Shown in pieces: positions 49,113 to 64,000 of a stretch of DNA of 64,000 nucleotides. The position numbers and the translations under genes are program-made. Every line of letters begins with the position of its first letter. Positions within the stretch are counted from its first letter, which is position 1. This stretch comes from Amoebidium appalachense (Eukaryota > Protista > Ichthyosporea), in assembly GCA_963693365.1 (NCBI GenBank), contig CAVNZM010000001.1, positions 5,968,907 to 6,032,906 of the forward strand, given 5' to 3'. Below the pieces are notes generated by a model. That model was not told where the DNA came from, did no database searches, and saw nothing but the letters and a program-made list of their open reading frames with translations.

Positions 49113-51081
49113 TCCCGTTTTGTTCCCGGAGGTACCCCTTGGGGCCCTTTGGGGGAACTACCATCTTCCACCCAGCACTGACAGTACTCTATAATATAAT
49201 AAGTGGCCGTTTATTAGTGACATGCCTCTCTGCAAGAACAGATTTTGCAGTGCCAGGCGCCACCATGAGGGTCACCGGGGAGAGTCGAAGTGCGCTGCAC
49301 TCCAGTCGAGCTCTCCGGCCCGTTGTAACATGTTGACTTGCGGAGCAATAAATCGATTGATGCGCAGATATCCAATCCGTACAGCGGGCGTGTGATATGT
49401 GAGCGCGGCAAATCTTTAGATGTCCAGATCGCACGCACCATTGTATCAATCAAGCTTTACAGACGTATCAATATTTTTGCCCACGGCGGCTGTTTATTTA
49501 TAATTGTAGCTATTGTAAACTCTCATTTTTTGTATTTGGTCTCTTAAATTATGTTTAGCGTTTACCTAGCATAGTGCACCAAGCTGTATCTCATATGAAT
49601 GTGAGTGGGGTCCTGGCGGAGCTGCACCAGCTCAGGTCCGGCTGATATCAGCGCTGAGTCGACAAGCCTCTGTACAGCGTCGTCATCAGCGTTGTGTTTG
49701 TCTGGGTACAATAGAAGTGTAAATATAAATAGAAATTTTCCAATGTGGAGTAAAAAACGTCGTCCTAAAGCATGGGATTATAACATTAGATAAGAAATAC
49801 TCTTAAAAAAAAATGCGCTCACACCTTCCAGTTGTCTTTCCACGGCACAGTATCCGGAGAAAAAAAAAGGCGTGTTTGCACCGCCTCACGTAGGGAAGCA
49901 CCCTATTGGTTAAAACTGCATCACCCCTTTTTTAGATGATTTAGTTGGAACCACTTTCCCGCGGTCGCTCTCCGGGTCCGAGTCCGCCCCACTTCCCCCG
50001 AGGCAGGCTCAGTTTCCTACTACAGACCATGGTGATATCAATACTAAACCGCAGGCCCAGGCGTATCACACACTGCCAAGGCTCGGATGTGGACGGATGG
50101 TAATTTACTGCAATCCCTCCGCGATCAAGTTTGTACACAGGCATGTATACATAGGCGTAGACGTCGACGTCGTTTACGTATGCTACAGCTGCATGCGCAG
50201 TGAAAATTTACTTTTCCTTTTTCCCCTTACACACCTGCAGCATCCATTAGCTACTCTGTGGATGATGTGGTAACGATTTGCATATTCGATTTGTTAGTCA
50301 ATTGTGTTTGTAGGTCGGTACGCGTACTGAGTGTGAGAGCCTAACTAATCTGGCAGGGCCTCCGCATGCATACAGCAACCAAATGAATCCAGGGATACTA
50401 CTCTTGCTGTACACGTGGTGTATTAGCTGTGCCCTGAGGTACATTCCGAAATAGGTGCGTCAAGTACCTGACATAGTTGACACGCGCACGTGTTATATGT
50501 TCAAGGCCTGGCTGCGTGGCCGCACAAACATATGCCAATATTGCCGAGGAACCCGCACCAAAAAGAGCCAAGAGAGTTAATTACGAAGATCTCACAGATC
50601 AAACGCTTTCATTCATGGAATCACGTCTGCCGTGGTTCGAGGGCAGTTGTCAACAACTGGGCACCATTCGCAACATGCCATTACGGGAAGTCGTTGTCCC
50701 TACTACAGTAATAATATCACGCTACCCGGTCTAGGCACTTCACTTTGTGTGCGTGCTAACACACGGGCATGCATCGTAACGACTACAAATCGCTTGAAGA
50801 AACGTACCCCGATGTTACTACTTTAGTACTTGTGTTGATGAGTGGCCAAAGCAGGCCTATAAAAGAACCGTAACGACCGTATCCGCTCTTTCTTGGTTAC
50901 ATAATACCATGAACTAGAGAGCATTATATCCAAATCCTTCATAACTGCGTGAGGGTGTGTTTTTGGATTGCCATAGCGACGGCAGGGTGTGCCGCTGGTA
51001 CGTGGTGAATTTGCTGCCCAGCCTCTCTACACTCAATACACGTGGTAAAATAGAACAACCCGTGAGTCCAGTGTTTCGAAC

Positions 51082-61334
<10,253 letters not shown>

Positions 61335-61843
61335 GAGGCTATAGGGGTAAAATTTTAGGCGGATCCGTGGCAAAAATTGAATGCTGAGTTGTCCAATCTC
61401 TCCGGTGGGCTAAGTAGGTCAAGTCCGACGTAGCAGTAGCTAGGCTAGGCGATATTATCATGCAGCCTCACTGTGACGTGACAGTACTACTAGTCAGAAT
61501 CAGATATGGCAGAGCACCCGTAATACTTAGAGATCATCCCGTCCGCCATTAAGAGCCCCCCGCGAAGTGGGGGTGAGGGGGATAATGTTACTTTCTTTAG
61601 AGATCGCTATCATAATCGTATCTTATGTAGTAGACATCTACAGATGTATAATCATCGAAGATGCAGTGTAATACTATTGATAGATATCCTATGATATCGG
61701 ATTTGTTGATTCGTGATTAAATCTACAATTACGAAAGACTAATACAAGACACCCGATCGACAGGGCAAGTCGGGCGGGCTCAGGGCCTTAGTAGCTGCTA
61801 TTTCTGTCGATATTCAAAGTTTAAAAAATCTTTCCCCTTCTCT

Positions 61844-61876
<33 letters not shown>

Positions 61877-61885
61877 TTTTTTTTT

Positions 61886-61929
<44 letters not shown>

Positions 61930-62489
61930 GGGGGGTCCCCCTTTTTTTGGGGGGGGGGGGGGGGGGGGGGGGATTAGCTATCAAGTTCTTCGAGCTGCAG
62001 GTGATCGAAGGACTTCTGGTAATTATGACATGTGGGCAAGAGAACCTGTATAGACAGCTGCAGGGCCGGGGAATCATTTAAGAAAGCTCTGGGCATAGTA
62101 CATGGCAGAGACACCAAAAAGCCAGGAAATTCAATTGCAATTTGGGGTTTTTGTTCATGGTGCTCTCAGCCTGCATGTGCATCGGCGGTACTTGTGCACA
62201 CGGAGTGAAGATTTTTATCTGGACACACACAGTTCAAAGCCCACATTTGGGAGCTCGTTTCCAACACCCGGCGGATTACGTATGCAGAGACTAATGTTCG
62301 TGTGAGTGTTCATGTACTTGTTTGTGCGTGTGTGTGTGTACATCAAGGAAGAGTAAGTGTGTATGCAAGGGCAAATCCGATGGTACTGCGTAAACCCCCT
62401 ACTGTGTATGGGATTGGCACAAGCAGAAGGGGGGGGGGGAAATGCCCAACGTTTTTATGGGATTGGCACAAGCAAAAGGAAAAAAGAAT

Positions 62490-62562
62490 CGCCCAACGTG
62501 GGGCTCGAACCCACGACCGCGAGATTAAGAGTCTCGCGCTCTACCGACTGAGCTAGCCGGGC
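62490..62562 (-). tRNA. tRNA-Lys (anticodon CUU)
   Basis: Reverse complement GCCCGGCTAGCTCAGTCGGTAGAGCGCGAGACTCTTAATCTCGCGGTCGTGGGTTCGAGCCCCACGTTGGGCG: 73 nt, cloverleaf stems, A and B boxes, followed by a T-run Pol III terminator. Confidence 0.97.
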
Positions 62563-63163
62563 TGATGACATACTGATCGCCAACAGACTCATACCTGATG
62601 ATCAAACCAAACCCATGTGTGTTCCGGGCGTGATGACGTACACCAACGCGCGTAAATTTTCGAATGCTTAGTCCGAATCCGGAAGGTTCAAGTTGGGCAG
62701 AAACGTTGTGCCATACGTAGCTGGTTGCAGGTTGCATCAAAAGTACTAGGGCGTACTCAAAGCAGAAGGTAAGTGAAAAGTTTGTTTGTGGACAGCCCAT
62801 GCATCAGAGGAAGTTCTGGTGTGTCCGAATCTTGCACACGCTCACAATTTCTTCCTCCCTCCCCCCCCCTCCCTCCCCCCCCTCCCCCCTCCCCCCCAAA
62901 CACCCACACACCCACTATACACTCCTCCCCCTTTCAATACGCACACGCACCTGCACACGCATCGTTTGGAAAGAGGGCTATCGTGCTGTTTGCGTAGTTC
63001 TGCCAGTGCATGCCTTGCAAACACAAGCCTAGGTCTAAAATCAATACCTGTGCAGCTGGCTCTTACATAGTTCCTTTTCGCCTGTTTGTCAGAGCATCTT
63101 TTCAAGCAGCTTCCGAGGACCAACATGCGAGGCTGCATCCTAAGCGTGTGCTCTTGAGGTAAG

Positions 63164-63276
63164 ATGAGTGCACCTGCCCCCCCGGGTGAACCCGTAACGG
63201 GGCACAGAGAGCCAGCACAGAACTGCGGGCAGGACGACAAGCCTTCGAGCGATGAACAAACCAGCAATGAGGCAAG
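63164..63276 (+). CDS. Possible first coding exon of a gene continuing beyond the window
   Basis: ATG 63164 opens MSAPAPPGEPVTGHREPAQNCGQDDKPSSDEQTSNEA up to AAG|GTGTGT, then (CT)n and poly-C tracts typical of introns here. A strong upstream donor AAG|GTAAGT at 62769 suggests a 5'-UTR intron. No homology recognised. Confidence 0.35.
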
Positions 63277-63327
63277 GTGTGTTTGCAGTTTCTTGCTTCT
63301 GGTTACAGCCAAGCTCTTTTCTTGTTA

Positions 63328-63407
<80 letters not shown>

Positions 63408-64000
63408 CTTGCACTTCTCCTTCCTCCCCCTTCCCTCCTCCTTCCCCCCTCCCCCTACCTCTGCCCCTCCCCCCCCCCCCCCCCCCCCCAACTTCTTTCA
63501 CCCCTTCCTGCCCCATTGGGCACACGAACTTAAGCTTTTTCTTTTTTTTTTCACCCTTTTCATTTAAAGAAAGAAGGACCCCTGGATGGCGGGCTCTGTT
63601 AAGCTCTGCCTTTAAGTTGTTGACTCTTTGTTTTGTAACGTGTTTTCCCCTTCGTTGTTACCTTCTGCATTTTTCCCTTGTCCATGTGTCCATCCCCCCC
63701 CCCCCCCTCCCCCCCAGGTCCCGTTTCCCCCCCCCCCCCCCCCCCCCCCCTCTCCCCCCCATTCCCTCCCTCACTATTGCCTCCCCTCCCTCATGCCCGC
63801 CCTTTCCCTTCCTTCCTCCCACTATCCCGCTTATTTCCCACCCTCCCCCACCCTTCCTCTCCCTCCCTACTGCTCTGCCCATTCATCTCCCTACCTGCCT
63901 GGCTCCCTCCTTCGTCTCTCCCCCTGGCTCCCTTCCCATATCTCCCTTTCTCTCTTCTTCCCGCTCTCCTCCATTTATCTCCCATTTCTTACTCTCTTCT

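Overview
Eukaryotic genomic DNA with intron-rich genes whose introns are packed with (GT)n/(CA)n, (GA)n, poly-G, poly-C and poly-A/T tracts. Almost all ORFs in the supplied track are microsatellite artefacts, so gene models were built by hand from splice sites and reading frames. The lineage cannot be fixed from the sequence; a unicellular opisthokont/holozoan is an inference. In order, the window holds: (1) the 3' part of a + strand gene made of 7 tandem copies of a three-exon module of about 135 aa (1-9574); (2) a - strand secreted S8 subtilisin with an I9 propeptide and two C-terminal hevein-like Cys domains (12978-19444); (3) a 14-exon FGGY carbohydrate kinase (20919-32719) with two probable GC-AG introns; (4) a - strand single-pass membrane protein with a CBM4/9-like domain, a Thr-rich stalk and an RPLPPTP tail motif (34334 to at least 36744); (5) a hAT-type MITE with an 8-bp TSD (38650-39636); (6) a small coiled-coil gene (42234-46840); (7) a Tc1/mariner-pogo-type MITE (47671-47943); (8) a class C GPCR whose ectodomain resembles a bacterial sugar ABC solute-binding protein (51082-61334); (9) tRNA-Lys(CUU); (10) a possible gene start at the right edge. 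The most notable observations are the solute-binding-protein GPCR, the exon-homogenised three-exon array with a variable WxEPxxEW micro-exon, introns framed by complementary simple repeats, and intronic copies of exon ends, one of which is inverted over a 5' splice site.
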